Below are positions 13,601 through 26,052 of a DNA stretch of 64,000 bases, piece by piece. Where the stretch lies: the NCBI RefSeq assembly GCF_964204645.1, contig NC_134026.1, forward strand, positions 1,635,950-1,699,949, given 5' to 3'. How positions within the stretch are numbered: position 1 is the stretch's first letter; every line of letters begins with the position of its first letter. Source of the DNA: Tubulanus polymorphus. Its lineage: Eukaryota > Animalia > Nemertea. The notes under the pieces are model-generated. The model was not told where the DNA came from. It made no database searches and worked only from the letters and a program-made list of their open reading frames with translations. The translations under genes were made by a program, and so were the position numbers.

Positions 13601-16600
13601 AACGTATCAGGGTATTCTTGATGCCAGGTACATACAGTAGAACCCAATATTGACTAGAAATAACTAATATTCAGTTTCATTCATATTTTGGATAGATTAC
13701 TTCTATCCACAATGAGAATTATTTTTAAAAGTTTTACCTATGTCATACATAGTCTAATTTGATTTTGACCTGCTGAAACTTTTTGGATTCAGAGATTTGG
13801 AAAATCTATGATCTAAATACTGAATCAATCATCAATGTTACTGTTGTTCGTATGATGCATTTTATTTTCTTATATTGCAGCAATCAGAGGCACAATAAAC
13901 TGTGGAAATCAATGTCGGATACAGATTTGAATAAAGATCAGGAGGGTGGAGGAATGTTCGGCGATGAAAACGAAACGCCGGAATATACCTTACCATTAAC
14001 ACCGCAACCGGGCAGACGTAGACTTCTGAAACGTCCGAAATCATGGTGTTCAAAACAGGACGGTTCCACTAGTTTTATAGTAGTTACTGATACAATGGGT
14101 AAAATTCATTTCTCTGTTTCCCACTCCGAATGAATTTATAGTTGTAAATCTTGTATTGATGCACTAATTGAATTTCAAATTTTGAAAAATCAATCTTTAC
14201 TTTAATGATTGATGATATCTTAGACTCATCAGTCTATATTCTGTGATATTTCACTTTTTATGCAAAACTTATTTCTGTTCAATATTCAGTAACAATTATT
14301 TTCACTTTCACAGATGTTGACGACAATATGGGCGAAGATCTGATCACGTATCACTTTGATACGGCTGGATACACCGACCTACACGGTATCCACGAGGAAG
14401 AATTCGACGCTATGGAAGAATGTTATCCGGATATTCCGTCGCCGATGCAGGTCGATCCTCCGGTTTACGCGGACGGCGAGGGCGTCGAATTGATCGCTTA
14501 TAATAAACTATTAGATCGTTGTTACGCCAAGGCTTTGTTAGAGGCTGTAACTATAGCGACCGGCGGTTCGTCCAGCAGTTCGTCGGAAACGTCCGATATG
14601 ACGGCAGGGTTTTATAACTGTTTGAGATTACATGACATGGTTTACTCGGAACAATCTGGTGCTATTTATCAACGCGAAGCCGACCAGCAGCTCAGTTTTG
14701 TGAAATTACGTCCAGATGGTAGTTGGATCAAAGCGGTTCCGCCTTCACCCGAACCGAGCGTGATGTTTACGATCACCGGTATCGATGGTTCCGTAAGTAA
14801 CACCGATAATAATAACGCCCGTATCCAGGACGACAACGACGACGACGACGAACTGGATGAAGTGATCACCAGTCACCCGGTCGATTGGAAAGATGAGATC
14901 GCTCTCAGCGCGGGAACCGTACGAAAACAAACCAAACACATCGAACAACGTATTAAACAAGTCGATCGTATTCGCACGGAGTCGATGAGTTCAATGGATT
15001 CAATGGATGAAACGTGTTCAGATCCGGGAACGATGGAAACAGTTACAGCAGATGATTCACCGCAGTCAACGACTAGTCCAAAAAAACAACAAAATACAAC
15101 AGATTCACAGCAACAACAACCACAACAACGCGCGTCATCGGTGATTTACGAAACAGAGAATATTCAACTGAGCCCCGGACTCGTTAAACGTACTAAAGAT
15201 CAGATAGAAAGAAGAAGAGTGTAAGTTAGATGAGCTTTTCTTTACTGATACACGAATGAAAATTATTTTTCTCATAACGAGAGAAATCCCACAATAACGA
15301 AGCCAAGATTGAAAAATTCTACAACACGCCTGATGATGGCTAACAGTTGTTAGCTGAAACGTCGCTCCTCAAATATAATCACTCTGATATAGAATTTTTC
15401 AATCTTGGTTTCGTTATTGTGGGATTTCTCTTGTTACCATCATACACGGATATTGTGTATCTTCTTGATTTTCCTCATGATTCTCTATTTTCGAAGTATG
15501 TCACTTCATGCCTCAATACTGATTTCAAACTCAATCAACTAGTATCCCTCACATATACCTCTCCTTTTAGTTACGATGATGGTCTATAGACTTTTGAATT
15601 TTGATTTTGTTTTTAATCTTTTATATAATGGGTTTTCAACCTTATTCTTTATTCCCCACATCTGAGTGTACAGACTATTCTATGTATAGACTATATTTAC
15701 TCTTTAGATTACATCGATTTAATGCAATTTTTGAATAAGATTTATGTTTTCTTTTCAGAGATGAAAAGGCAGGCGTCGGTCGATCATCGAGTATGCGAGA
15801 AAACCGAGTTACGGCAAAAGTTGAAATCGCCAGCAGACGCATGACAACAACCGAACGACCTTCATTCGACGATCAAACCGATAATTTTACCCTCCTCCCC
15901 GCTGCCCCCACCGCTGCTGCTGCTGCTGCTGATAGTGATTCTACTGCTGCTGCACAATCATCATCCATCACTGATGACTTCGTGCTCGATCAACGTTCAA
16001 GTTCTGACGACGACGATTCAAAATCGGCGCCAACTTCGCCGGTCGTATCGCGGCGTAAAAAACAGAAGACTTCATCCGCACGAACGGACGAAGAGGACAG
16101 TTTGATGGTTTATAGAATTGGCGACGCTGAAGTTGTCGTTCACGTCGGGAAAGTGAAACGTCGAACGATGGGTAAGTACGATATCAAACTCGAGTATGAA
16201 AGTATCAGGTTTGTGACGATTGTATAAAAACCCACTGTAAGAATGAAAAAAGAGTCCGAAATGTTCCTTTCCTTGAGCGTGTCCTGGTTGAGCTGGTTAT
16301 TTATTCAGCGTTTCACACATTGAATAAACTACTATACTCAAGGAAACATTTCCTTCTTTTCTAAGTGTGGGATTTTATGTTACCCGATGTATTATATTTT
16401 TTACTTCGTATTGTTTCGTTTTTCGATAGATTTCGAGCAGCTTAAACATGACACTGAAACCATGGAATCGGACGATGCAAGTAAACAACAATCGGAAGAA
16501 AGCGGCGAAGAGTTCGTCGGAGCAGACGCTAAATTAAGAGAAATCGAGGCTGAATGTCCTCTGATGCCGGGAACCGTTAAACTACAAAAGGAGGTGATTG

Positions 16601-17496
16601 AGAATCGAATGGTAGGAGAAGGTACATCTGGTTTAACATCGCCAGTCTCGCCGGAATCCGTGCCTTCGCGTGGTTCGATATTTTCACCCGGAAGTCCTAT
16701 CGAATCGCTACTTATACCCGTGGACGGCGAGCCGGTCGTTACGAATACCGAACAAGGCGGCGGTAGCTCCCCGACGACGAGTAGTTTATTGCTAGTCGAT
16801 GAATTGCCGAATCCGGGTGTCGTTAGAGAAAAAATGGAAAAGATCGAGAATAAGCGTCAAAGAGTCGGCGACGTTAGTTCGAATCGTATGAGTAAACAGA
16901 CTTTACAGCTTATATGTGACGTCGGGGAAAGTTTACAGAGCATTCCAAAGGGAGAAGTCGGAGACGACGATGAATTAGTTCGAAAAGGCTTCGTGAAACT
17001 GATAACGAAAGCGATTGAATGCACGACGCCCGAAGATGTTCAATCACCGGATGTGGAACCGGAAGAAGAGACGATTCGACGACCGAATTCATTGTCTATA
17101 AACACCGTAGATTCGATAGAACGCAGAGCTCATAGCGATAGTAGTGTGACAACTACTCCGGAACTATTAGAACTACCGGCGCGTCCGAGTAGTGACGGGT
17201 CCGGCGATCACGCCAAACATTGCGAAAAGGTAGCCGTGAAAAACTTAGTCGGTAAATTCGAGTCTCAAACAGCTTGCAGCGATAGCGCTGCATCGGCCAC
17301 TGAAAATATGGACACAGAGTATAGAAAGGAGACCTGTAATAGCAGCGCAGAACGTAGTTATTCAACTCCTGTTTCTCCGATGAAAACTAACGAATTATCA
17401 TCTCGTAAAGTACGTAAACTACACGGCAAAACGCATCCACTTGAGCGATTGAATACAGAACCACAGCTTAAAGGTCCATTCTATAATACTATGTAA
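4617..17496 (+). CDS. SSH: Protein phosphatase Slingshot homolog (cofilin dual-specificity phosphatase). Exons: 4617-4670, 5027-5072, 9788-9821 (inferred), 9985-10076, 10321-10385, 10717-10895, 11196-11261, 11516-11710, 12378-12474, 12569-12744, 12832-12978, 13273-13333, 13488-13627, 13881-14098, 14314-15220, 15759-16171, 16430-17496
   Basis: N-terminus MALVTVQRSPSPS; LSESYLTVKGAALIL; HLQAMFHLLRPQDTIKLAVKLES; FKPVSVQAMWSALQ; LYLGSEWNASNLEEL; catalytic VHCKMGISRSAST; RPNPGFMAQLETYQGIL; C-terminal GKTHPLERL...FYNTM; GT-AG junctions keep frame. Confidence 0.96.
6315..6545. repeat. Dispersed repeat family R1, copy 1 (SSH intron)
   Basis: Blocks gacc.gtgccaaatt, tggaagtga(t/c)tcac, gtgagt(g/t)attta, aaatcatctc..gatcg are shared with 10480-10628 and 48811-49022. 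Confidence 0.7.
10480..10628. repeat. Dispersed repeat family R1, copy 2 (internally deleted)
   Basis: actggtactggaagtgattcacctc..gagtgagtgatttac..aaatcatctcttgtgtgatcg. Confidence 0.65.
11770..11884. mobile_element. MITE with CAGGG...CCCTG termini (SSH intron)
   Basis: cagggttcctatgggtc / gatccgtagaaaccctg imperfect TIRs. Confidence 0.55.
15275..15436. mobile_element. Inverted repeat (47 bp arms) enclosing a minimal hammerhead-like core; probable Penelope pLTR relic
   Basis: taacgagagaaatcccacaataacgaagccaagattgaaaaattcta (15275-15321) vs tagaatttttcaatcttggtttcgttattgtgggatttctcttgtta (15390-15436); the spacer holds CTGATGA-t-ggctaac(agtt)gttagct-GAAAC-GTC. Confidence 0.65.
16226..16377. 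mobile_element. Degenerate hairpin/MITE in SSH intron
   Basis: aaaacccact..gaaatgtt..tttccttgag..tttattca mirrored by tgaataaa..ctcaaggaaacatttc..gtgggatttt. Confidence 0.5.
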
Positions 17497-20081
17497 ACTG
17501 TTAGAAATACCGTATTGAATACATGGAAGTCGCTCGCCGTAATCATATCCAATGTTTATACCGGTAAAACTGTTCTAAATTATCCAAATACACAAAATAG
17601 ATGAATATTCGTATATAAGGTATGCAAAATGTTTTAAACTTGTTTGGATTGTGTTTTGTAATGCGCATGTCTTCAGCACCATATTACTACTCGATATACT
17701 AACTAAACGCTGTGTTTGTATGAGTATTTTTATATACGTATTTTGAGGAAGAACTTGACGTATTTTTTCGGTAATTTACAGGAATTTTCGTATCGCTGAG
17801 AAATGGATGATGAAGGTTGTAATTTGAATTAGAAACTGCGCGACTGAGCAGGGTTAAAATAACTTCATTAATGATGATAGATTTATAAACATGTATATAC
17901 CGGTATGAATAATGTATGTACAAGTAGAGTTGATAAATACATTTTGATGTTTGGATGTATGGTATATTTGTTGTGCATGGTATGTACCTCTAATTAACAA
18001 GGTTCAAAGTGGGATGTAAATCATTTATTATATTTTCAACATTTGAGTAATGTATGTAGCTGGTATCTTTATTACCATAACCCTTTCAGTGTGTCTACAC
18101 TGCAGTGCGGTGTTTGAATCGATTTAGCCGGTTAACCGCGTAACCCGGTATTTAAAAATTCTCAAATTATCTCAAGCACTTTCGGGCATTAATTAGTCAG
18201 CGATGAAAGAGTTAACTGTCTCTTGTGATACTAAAGTTTCTGATTTTTCGTGAAAATTGATATTCAATAATTTTCAGATGAAACTATTTGTTCTAGAAAT
18301 CCAGTCGGAATATCAGGCTAAATAGTAGCAAAGCTTCGCTCAGAAAGTTACATAAGGTAATATTTAATATTCCACTGATTATGGTATTCACATAGTCATG
18401 CATCTTGAACATTAAAGTATGTGTAAAGATTGATTACTCAAGGCTTTCAGAGACTTTATACAGTCTATTCAATACTAGATTTTAAACCAATTGATCGATA
18501 AAATGTGATGTCTTTATATTGGCTTTCCGATATTAAAAATCAAGGCTGCCTAGTTGTATATATGTAGTATGTACTAACTAGCGATTACTCAAGTATGAAT
18601 CGTAATTTATAACAGATAATTGTATGGTTTAACCACGATATATTTGCTGTATTAACAAGTATTTGTAAATTTGCGCAAGGCTCTTGGACATTCCATGGTA
18701 AAGCAGTAGAAACAGACCGATTATTTTCTTTTCAAAGTAGATTTCTTCCACCTATCGAAAATACTGTATATTGGTTGTTGTGATCATGTAAAATGAATTC
18801 AGTGAATATGTATGTGCGTGTATCTATTTGTTTGTAGTGATACCTAAACTAAGTGCCTAAAAAACCTGGCTTTTAATAGTGCCTAGCACAATGAGGAATA
18901 CTTCAATTAAAATCTGTGTCTGAAATGGGAAGATAACTCGATGCTACTATTGTCAAAATCATTATCACGGTCACACCAGACGTGTATATAGTAATTTATG
19001 ATCATTTGTACATTTTGCCAATTATGATGAAATGCCAAATATTCACTCAGTGGTATTTTACAGAGCATATTTGGTGGTTAATGTATTTGTAGTTTAAAGA
19101 TTTTGTTTATAGAATGTGCTTCATTTAATTGAAATGTTTGTATATGATTATCATGTGCTACAGATGTTTTTAGCATGTTGTTTTTGAAAGAAATCAGATT
19201 TTATCAGAGAATACTCGATCGTTTTCTAGTTCTTCGTATCATTCCATTTCCATGGGCTGAAGATCCATCCATAAACATGTTATCCTCTCACTATGATATG
19301 TTCTTAGGATCACATCATTGGGTTTAGGTCTAGGGCGCATGGCTCCATCTAATTTGTTGAAAATTGGATTCCGCAAACATTTTGTTTCATATCACCGAGA
19401 CCACCTATGACTGACAAAACTATAATTTTTTATGAAACATAATTTCTTTTATTTTAGTCAATGATACGCGAGTGACAACGATATAAGATTATGCTAAAAG
19501 GGAAACTTGTGAACTTCATTGAAGTGACTAAGAATTAGGTACAACTAAATATCCGATAAAAGCAAATGTGACCCAGTAATTGTATTTCTGTGTAAACTTC
19601 ACATACAGTGTGCAACCAATTTTGTGTTAGTAATAAATAAAACAAACATTTGTGCGTAAACAAATGATGCTTGTTGGCACATCATAGCGAAACCAATTTA
19701 TTAAAACAAAGTCCTAAGATAGAAAGCCACATTATAGTTCGATGTGTCATTTTAGTTTGAATTGGAATGCATATATGAGCCCAATAACAATTGAATTAGA
19801 TCTAATTATGTGTATAGTACGTATTGAGCAGAACATTATTTTCTCATGAGAAAGTCCCACCCACAAGTCCCTGATCCAGAAAGCTGCCTATATATACCCG
19901 GTATATATATATTGTGAAGAACACCTTGTAGCACCATTATAAGATAAAATTCAACTCATTCAAAAAAATTCAACCGTTCATTGTTAAAACATTGAAGTAG
20001 TAGTACTTTACTTTGCGCTAGAGTATATAAATTGGGACCTTCAAATGCAGCATGTTTCTAAGCCTTCGAATGTAAATTAAA

Positions 20082-21878
20082 TCAAATGGAGTGAAAATCC
20101 TCAGAATCCGTGTCCGAATTCATCAGTGCCATATATTCCGGTGATTTCGATTTTTTCTTCTTGAGGGTCGCCTTTTTATCTTTTATTTTGAGTGATAATT
20201 TTGGAAGATACTTTCGTTTACTCTTGAGCACATCTACGAAACAGAAAAAACAAAAGCTATGAACTGGCTACAAAAATAGTTTCAATTGTAGACGTATCAA
20301 ATTAGATGCCGTTTCTAAAGTGAATAATTTTGGTAAATTTTATACCTGATACACTTAGATTATCAGTTCTCTTATAATCTGGTCGGTCGTGTAACCAGCT
20401 CTGTTGATACGGATCTCTCCATGGTTTACTGCAGAATAACGCTATCACCAGCAGACATAGAATGAATCCCAAACAAAGAGCAGCCCATACAGCATCTTTA
20501 GACCTACAACATTCAAATACAAATATATTCATGCAGATCCAGTTTCCAGAAATTCCGGGTTGGAGTCCTCAAAGCCGAGTGTTAAGCATTTGAATATTCC
20601 TAAATATCGGTTGTTGCAAGGTTTTTTACCTGCGGCCCATCATTTTCTGCACGAAATTATTATCGAGTAGATTCTGTAAGAGTTGATCAATAGTGGAATT
20701 AGATATCACAGTAGAAAGTACAGTGGCAGGATGATCAGTAGTCCGGTTGTGTGAGAGATGATCAGTAGTCCGGTTGTGTGATGGATGACCAGCGGTTTGG
20801 TTCACCATCTGCGAGGAATGATTGCTAGTCCGGTTTAGTGTCTGTAAGAGATGACCACTGGTCTGGTTGACCAACTGCGAGGGATGACTGCTAGTCTCAT
20901 TGACTAACTGAAAGAGATGACCAGTGGTCTGGTTGTGTGACAGATGACTGCTAGTCCAGTTGACTGACTGTGAGAGATGACCACTAGTCTGGTTCACGAA
21001 TTGTGTCATGAGATGACCACTAGTCCGGTTGACAGTTTGAAATGTTGATATGTTCAGATTAGCAGTATTATTATCAATACCATCATTACTTATATTACTA
21101 ACACTAATACTGTTCGTCACATTCTGAGAATGATATAAATTTGGCACATGCTGATTTGCTCCAAATGAATTTTTAGTTGTTGCGTCTTCATCATCGTCAT
21201 TAGAAGAATCCAGTTCCTTTTTACTGTCGGCATCAATTATTTCAGTTGGTAGTTTCTTCAGTGTTTTGTTATTTTCAAGAAGCCCGTGAATGTTGTCAAC
21301 TTGCTGCTTTGCAATATGCGATTTCAAATGATTTTGACGATTGAACTTATTTACACCTTTAGACCTTCCCTGAAACATATAATAAAACAAACTAACAGAC
21401 CTTGGGTACAAAAATAGGGGCCAAACACAAATCGTTTAAAAAGAATTCTTTCTTAGTATCAGGGATACACTACAATTCACCCCCAAACTTCAATCAAATG
21501 AAATATGGTACTCAATTTAGCCCCTAGATATTGGGGCGAAAGTTTTCCTGCGCTTTTGGGTGCTTACATTAAGGATGTTGTAAAAAATGTTAATTTCTTT
21601 GAAAAGCAGTGCATTTGACTATCTATTGACTAAATCGAATAAGCCTTGCCGGCCTTAATATATACATGAAATATTTTTGTCCGACATTCGATTCACTGAC
21701 AGTTCTTCAACTCAAAACAACAAGTTTGGTTGTCACACCTATCTATGGGCTCAACTTGATGAATAAAATCTATAAAGAGCTATCAATATATTCTACGTAC
21801 ATGGTTGAGTGGTTTAGCCAGTGTTAATAAAGGATAAACAAGAAAATAGCTTTTGAAAAGTAAAATATTCGGCTTCAT
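20082..21878 (-). CDS. Uncharacterised type I single-pass glycoprotein (exons 21878-21801, 21369-20630, 20503-20346, 20233-20082)
   Basis: Putative signal MKPNILLFKSYFLVYPLLTLA; Asn/Ser/Thr/His-rich ectodomain with repeated N-x-T; TM AVWAALCLGFILCLLVIALFC; Lys-rich tail ending EYMALMNSDTDSEDFHSI*; all junctions GT-AG and in frame. Confidence 0.75.
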
Positions 21879-22419
21879 GTTATCATTTTATTTCATATGA
21901 GTTAAACTGCAACGTTCCGTGAGAGGTACTGGCCTGTACGGGACAAATGTAGAATTGTAGAATTCTTACATGAAACGTCGATTCCGATGTTAGCGGTTTC
22001 GAGTCCCAATATTTCTATGTATTCTGCACTTATTAACGATTATAAATAAATAAATTCAACTATCGATTGTAATTATTACATTTACCATTTGGATTTCATT
22101 TATAAATATATAAAGGCCTACCGATAAATTCTTATTGACTGCAGGGCCAGGGGGACATGAGGATATGAATTCACCACCAAGTTTACAGTCCCGTGGGAGA
22201 GGACCCGATTTTAAATCAGTGCCCCGTGGGAGCACCCGATTTTAAATACTGTCCAGTAGAAATGAAATATCTCATATTTGTTTACAGTTCTTGTCTTTCC
22301 AGAACGAATAGATTTAATGACATCCGAATTTTAAAAAGAACTACCAGTATTTTTGTTTCCTTACAGTACATGCAATGTACTACAAGGCAATCTGTTTTGA
22401 TCATGGACGAATAATTTGA

Positions 22420-22690
22420 CTAGATTAGTTTCCCAAAATCATAATAAACTCACCAATGTTTTAACTTAAAAAAACCGAATAGTGAGCTCACCGAGTCTGG
22501 GGTCTATCAGATACCCTGTAAAGATTGTAACGTGATGTACATCGGTGAAACGGGTCGCAATCTTATTCAGCGTATAAAGGTCACATAGAGTAGATATCCG
22601 TAATCAAAAGCCTGAAAGTGGGGATAGCAAATCATGTTTTTACAACCAACCACCAATTTGGCTTTCAGAATTCTAAACTCATTATCCTCA
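22420..22690 (+). mobile_element. Penelope-like retroelement relic, GIY-YIG endonuclease fragment
   Basis: SGVYQIPCKDCNVMYIGETGRNLIQRIK, then after frameshifts HRVDIRNQKPESGIANHVFTTNHQFGFQNSKLI; typical PLE GIY-YIG signature. Confidence 0.85.
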
Positions 22691-23184
22691 TGCTTTCGAA
22701 ATCCAACTTATCTACCATCTCCAGCCACATAATGAATCATTATCTAGAGATATCAATACTCTCTACTAGATTTTGGTTAATGTCACACTGCGCGATGAAT
22801 TATCTTATAGTAAACCACCAAGACATGCTGGAATATATTTGAACATATTCAGTTCATTCCCTGGGGTCAGAAAAATGCCTTGATATATGCTTAGGCCAGT
22901 AGCCTAGCATCAGACGAGACGGAATAGTACTGCGATTTGAGGATGTGAGAGATACTCGTGGCAGTTTCCCAACAATTCCCTAACTGGATGTCCCTTGATC
23001 GAACCATATATTCTCGTACATTAAAGTTAAGTATTTGCAAATTACGATATATTCTTCAATAGAATATTTGATGTAGTTTGATTACAATATTTGATATCAA
23101 TACAAATAATTATATATCTTATTTCATAAATCTGTCAGAAATCTATAATTTTTCAAACGTGTAAATCAAATTTGAAATCACTGG

Positions 23185-24135
23185 TTATTTGTCTGAATTT
23201 CTACCACAGATTTTTGCACAGAAATATTCACGTATTTCTCGTCCCAGTAAGAGATATATGTAAAAATTCATGGCATAATTACAAACATGGAACTGAAGGA
23301 ATACATCATGAAGAAATTCTTTCTGTTCCGTGGAGATTGGTAAGAATACGGTAATAGTGGATGGAAGTGTAAATATTGCAAATGCGAGTGAAACTGTTAC
23401 CAGCATTATTGTCGTACGTTTTGATTTGATAGTTTTCTGATCGGACGAAATCATTTTTGAACCCCTGAATAACTGAACTATTATAACAGAATTTGATGTA
23501 ATGATTGTAGTTAAGGGCAGGAAATAAACATAGACAACAAATGTCATGAAATATTTAAGTTGTTCAATCAATTTATAGTAACATCCAAAAGCCTGGTCGG
23601 AAAAGTATATTGACATAGTTGGTAAAAGATTTAGAAGCAATGCATTCATCCCCATAATAACTAATATAACAATTCTCGCGAATGTAGGTGTGCACACCAA
23701 ACGAGATGTGAACGGGAAGAGAACAACTGCCGCACGTTCTAGAGATATCGCTACTATTAACCAGGAACTGTTGCAGGACGTAAATGCCATTACAAATTCA
23801 TAGATTTGACAACTGATCCGTGAATCCATCATGAATATTGCATCATCTTTAACGTGCAAGAGAACAAACTGTAAAACCGGCACCAGCGTAAAATTGATGC
23901 AAAACGTACAATCACTGACGGACAAAACGATCAGATAGTTAGCGTAAGATAAACTCCGAAATCTGCGACTTATCATTATCAGGAAAGTAGCCGAATTTCC
24001 GAAAGCTCCTAACAGGAACAAGACAGGAAGAGTGGCTAATGAAAGCTTACGGTAGCTACCAGACCTGTTAACTACAGACATCAAGACGATGTAACTGTTA
24101 TAAGTTCGAACAATCTGCATCTGAGTAGAATTCAT
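23185..24135 (-). CDS. Intronless rhodopsin-class (class A) GPCR, orphan peptide-receptor-like
   Basis: Seven hydrophobic segments; GN (TM1), LSVSD (TM2), CQ..ISLERA (DRY variant), FTLP (TM6), NFYIY (NPxxY variant); N-terminal sequons NST and NRS; first ATG at 24135. Confidence 0.9.
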   Translation of the reverse strand: MNSTQMQIVRTYNSYIVLMSVVNRSGSYRKLSLATLPVLFLLGAFGNSATFLIMISRRFRSLSYANYLIVLSVSDCTFCINFTLVPVLQFVLLHVKDDAIFMMDSRISCQIYEFVMAFTSCNSSWLIVAISLERAAVVLFPFTSRLVCTPTFARIVILVIMGMNALLLNLLPTMSIYFSDQAFGCYYKLIEQLKYFMTFVVYVYFLPLTTIITSNSVIIVQLFRGSKMISSDQKTIKSKRTTIMLVTVSLAFAIFTLPSTITVFLPISTEQKEFLHDVFLQFHVCNYAMNFYIYLLLGREIREYFCAKICGRNSDK

Positions 24136-24529
24136 GATCAAGTGAGACCGTAGTGAGTGTTGGGCGCGTCTATACTGACGATCTGAGAATATAATGGGAC
24201 TGGATCCTCTACTCGTATATCGGAAAACTCATTTAGCGTGAAAGAGAAATAACAGAAATAAGGTTTTTTTTATCATATTATCTATTGCTTTTCATTTGTA
24301 AAGATCTATCGTTGACAACGAATGGAAATCTAACATGATTAAATCGAATTTATGAAACCTTACATTTGTGAAATACAAATATAACTAAATTAGATATATA
24401 AATCTCCAACAAAATGATTCTACATTGCGAAAATTAAACCTCCCAACAGAATAGCAAAAATGCTTGCACTAAAGCAATTCGTTCCCAGAGGACAGGAAAA
24501 TATCAGGAACTCGTTCATGCAGTATAATG

Positions 24530-24692
24530 TACAGTGAACCCCCGATATACCGCCCTCCCATTTACCGCCACCCCCGCCTGCCGCCAGGTTTTCTCAATGT
24601 ACATTCTCTATACAAATACTAAAACACCCCGATATATCACCAAACTCTCTATCGTTCTGCACCGATGTGGGCGGTATATCGGTGGTTGAATT
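24530..24692. mobile_element. Tc1/pogo-like MITE between the GPCR paralogs
   Basis: ta|cagtgaacccccgatataccgccc mirrored by gggcggtatatcggtggttgaatt. Confidence 0.55.
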
Positions 24693-25112
24693 TTAGTAAC
24701 TTCCGAAGAACTGTTCAAAACTTGGTTCTTTGAAGCGGTGGACCTGAAAATTGGAATTGGCTCTTAATTTGAAAAAGGTAGATTTAAAAATACGAGAGCT
24801 GCAAGCGGGAAGCATTGGTGGGGCTCTGATGGCCCTAAAACAGAAAATCAAAAATGGACTTTTGGTCCTTTATTTTGATTTATATTTTGTGTTCGTAAAA
24901 TGATCTTCGCAAAAATGGTTTTAAGACTTTTCGGAGGGCACATTCAATTTGCCCTAAATCCGTCCTTGAAATTGAAACTCTATTTATTTCTTACCGCCAT
25001 AGTTCAAAAACCTAATATCCATCGTCAGCATTTCCTGCACGTTGGACTATGAATAATCATAGAACTCGAGTTCTATGGAATAATCCATGGTCAAACTTAG
25101 AAGAATCAATGG

Positions 25113-26052
25113 TTATTTGTCTGTATTCCTACAGCAGATTTTCGCATAGAAATATTCACGTATTTCTCGTCCCAATAAAAGATATATGTAGAAATTAATG
25201 ACATAGTTACAGCATTGGAATTGAGTGAAAATATCATATAGAAAATCTCTCTGTTCCGTAGATATTGTCAAGAACGAAGTAATTGTGGTCGGAAAGGTAA
25301 ATATTGCAAATGCGAGTGAAACTGTTACAAGCATTATTGTCGTACGTTTTGATTTTGCCGTTTTCTTATCGGACGTAACCATTTTTGAACCTCTGAATAA
25401 CTGAAATATTATAGCGGAATTTGATGTTATAATGAACGTCAAAGGAAGAAGATTAACGTGGATGACAATAATGATGAAAAACGTTAATTGGTCAAATAAT
25501 TCATAAAAACATCCGAAAAACTCATCAGGAAAATGAATCGATACAGTAGGAATAAGATAAAGAAACAAACCATTCACTCCAATAATTAACGATGTAGAAA
25601 TTCTTGCGAATTTCGGTGTACATATCAAACGAGATGTGAACGGGAAGAGAACAACTGCCGCACGTTCTAGAGATATCGCTACTATTAACCATGAACTAGT
25701 ACAGGCTGCCAGTGCCATTATAAATTCATGGATTTTACAACTGATGAGTGAATTCATCAGGAATATTGGGCCGATATCCACATTCAAGAGAACAAACTGT
25801 AAGACAGGCATCAAAGTTAGATTTATGCAGTACATAAGATCACCGAGACATAAAACGATGAGATAGTTGATAAACTGCGGAATCTGCGACTTGTCATAAT
25901 CAGGAAAGTAGCTGAATTTCCGAAGGCTCCTAACATAAATAAGATAAGCAGAATGACCAATGAAAGTGTACGGTAGCTTCCCGACTTGTTTGCTAAAGAC
26001 ATGAGAACGATGTAACTACTATATGTTCGACCAATCTTTGAGTAAAATTCAT
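25113..26052 (-). pseudogene. Frameshifted tandem paralog of the adjacent GPCR
   Basis: Colinear with 23185-24135 but lacks 7 bp (ttacgct) in the SLSYANYL segment near 25868 and 4 bp just after the ATG (~26035); split over ORFs 25823-26134 and 25113-25835. Confidence 0.8.

Noticed and set aside
20730-21040. Regularly spaced DNA repeats suggestive of a CRISPR-like array
   Set aside because: They are in-frame coding repeats in a eukaryotic exon, with no constant repeat/unique spacer structure or cas genes.
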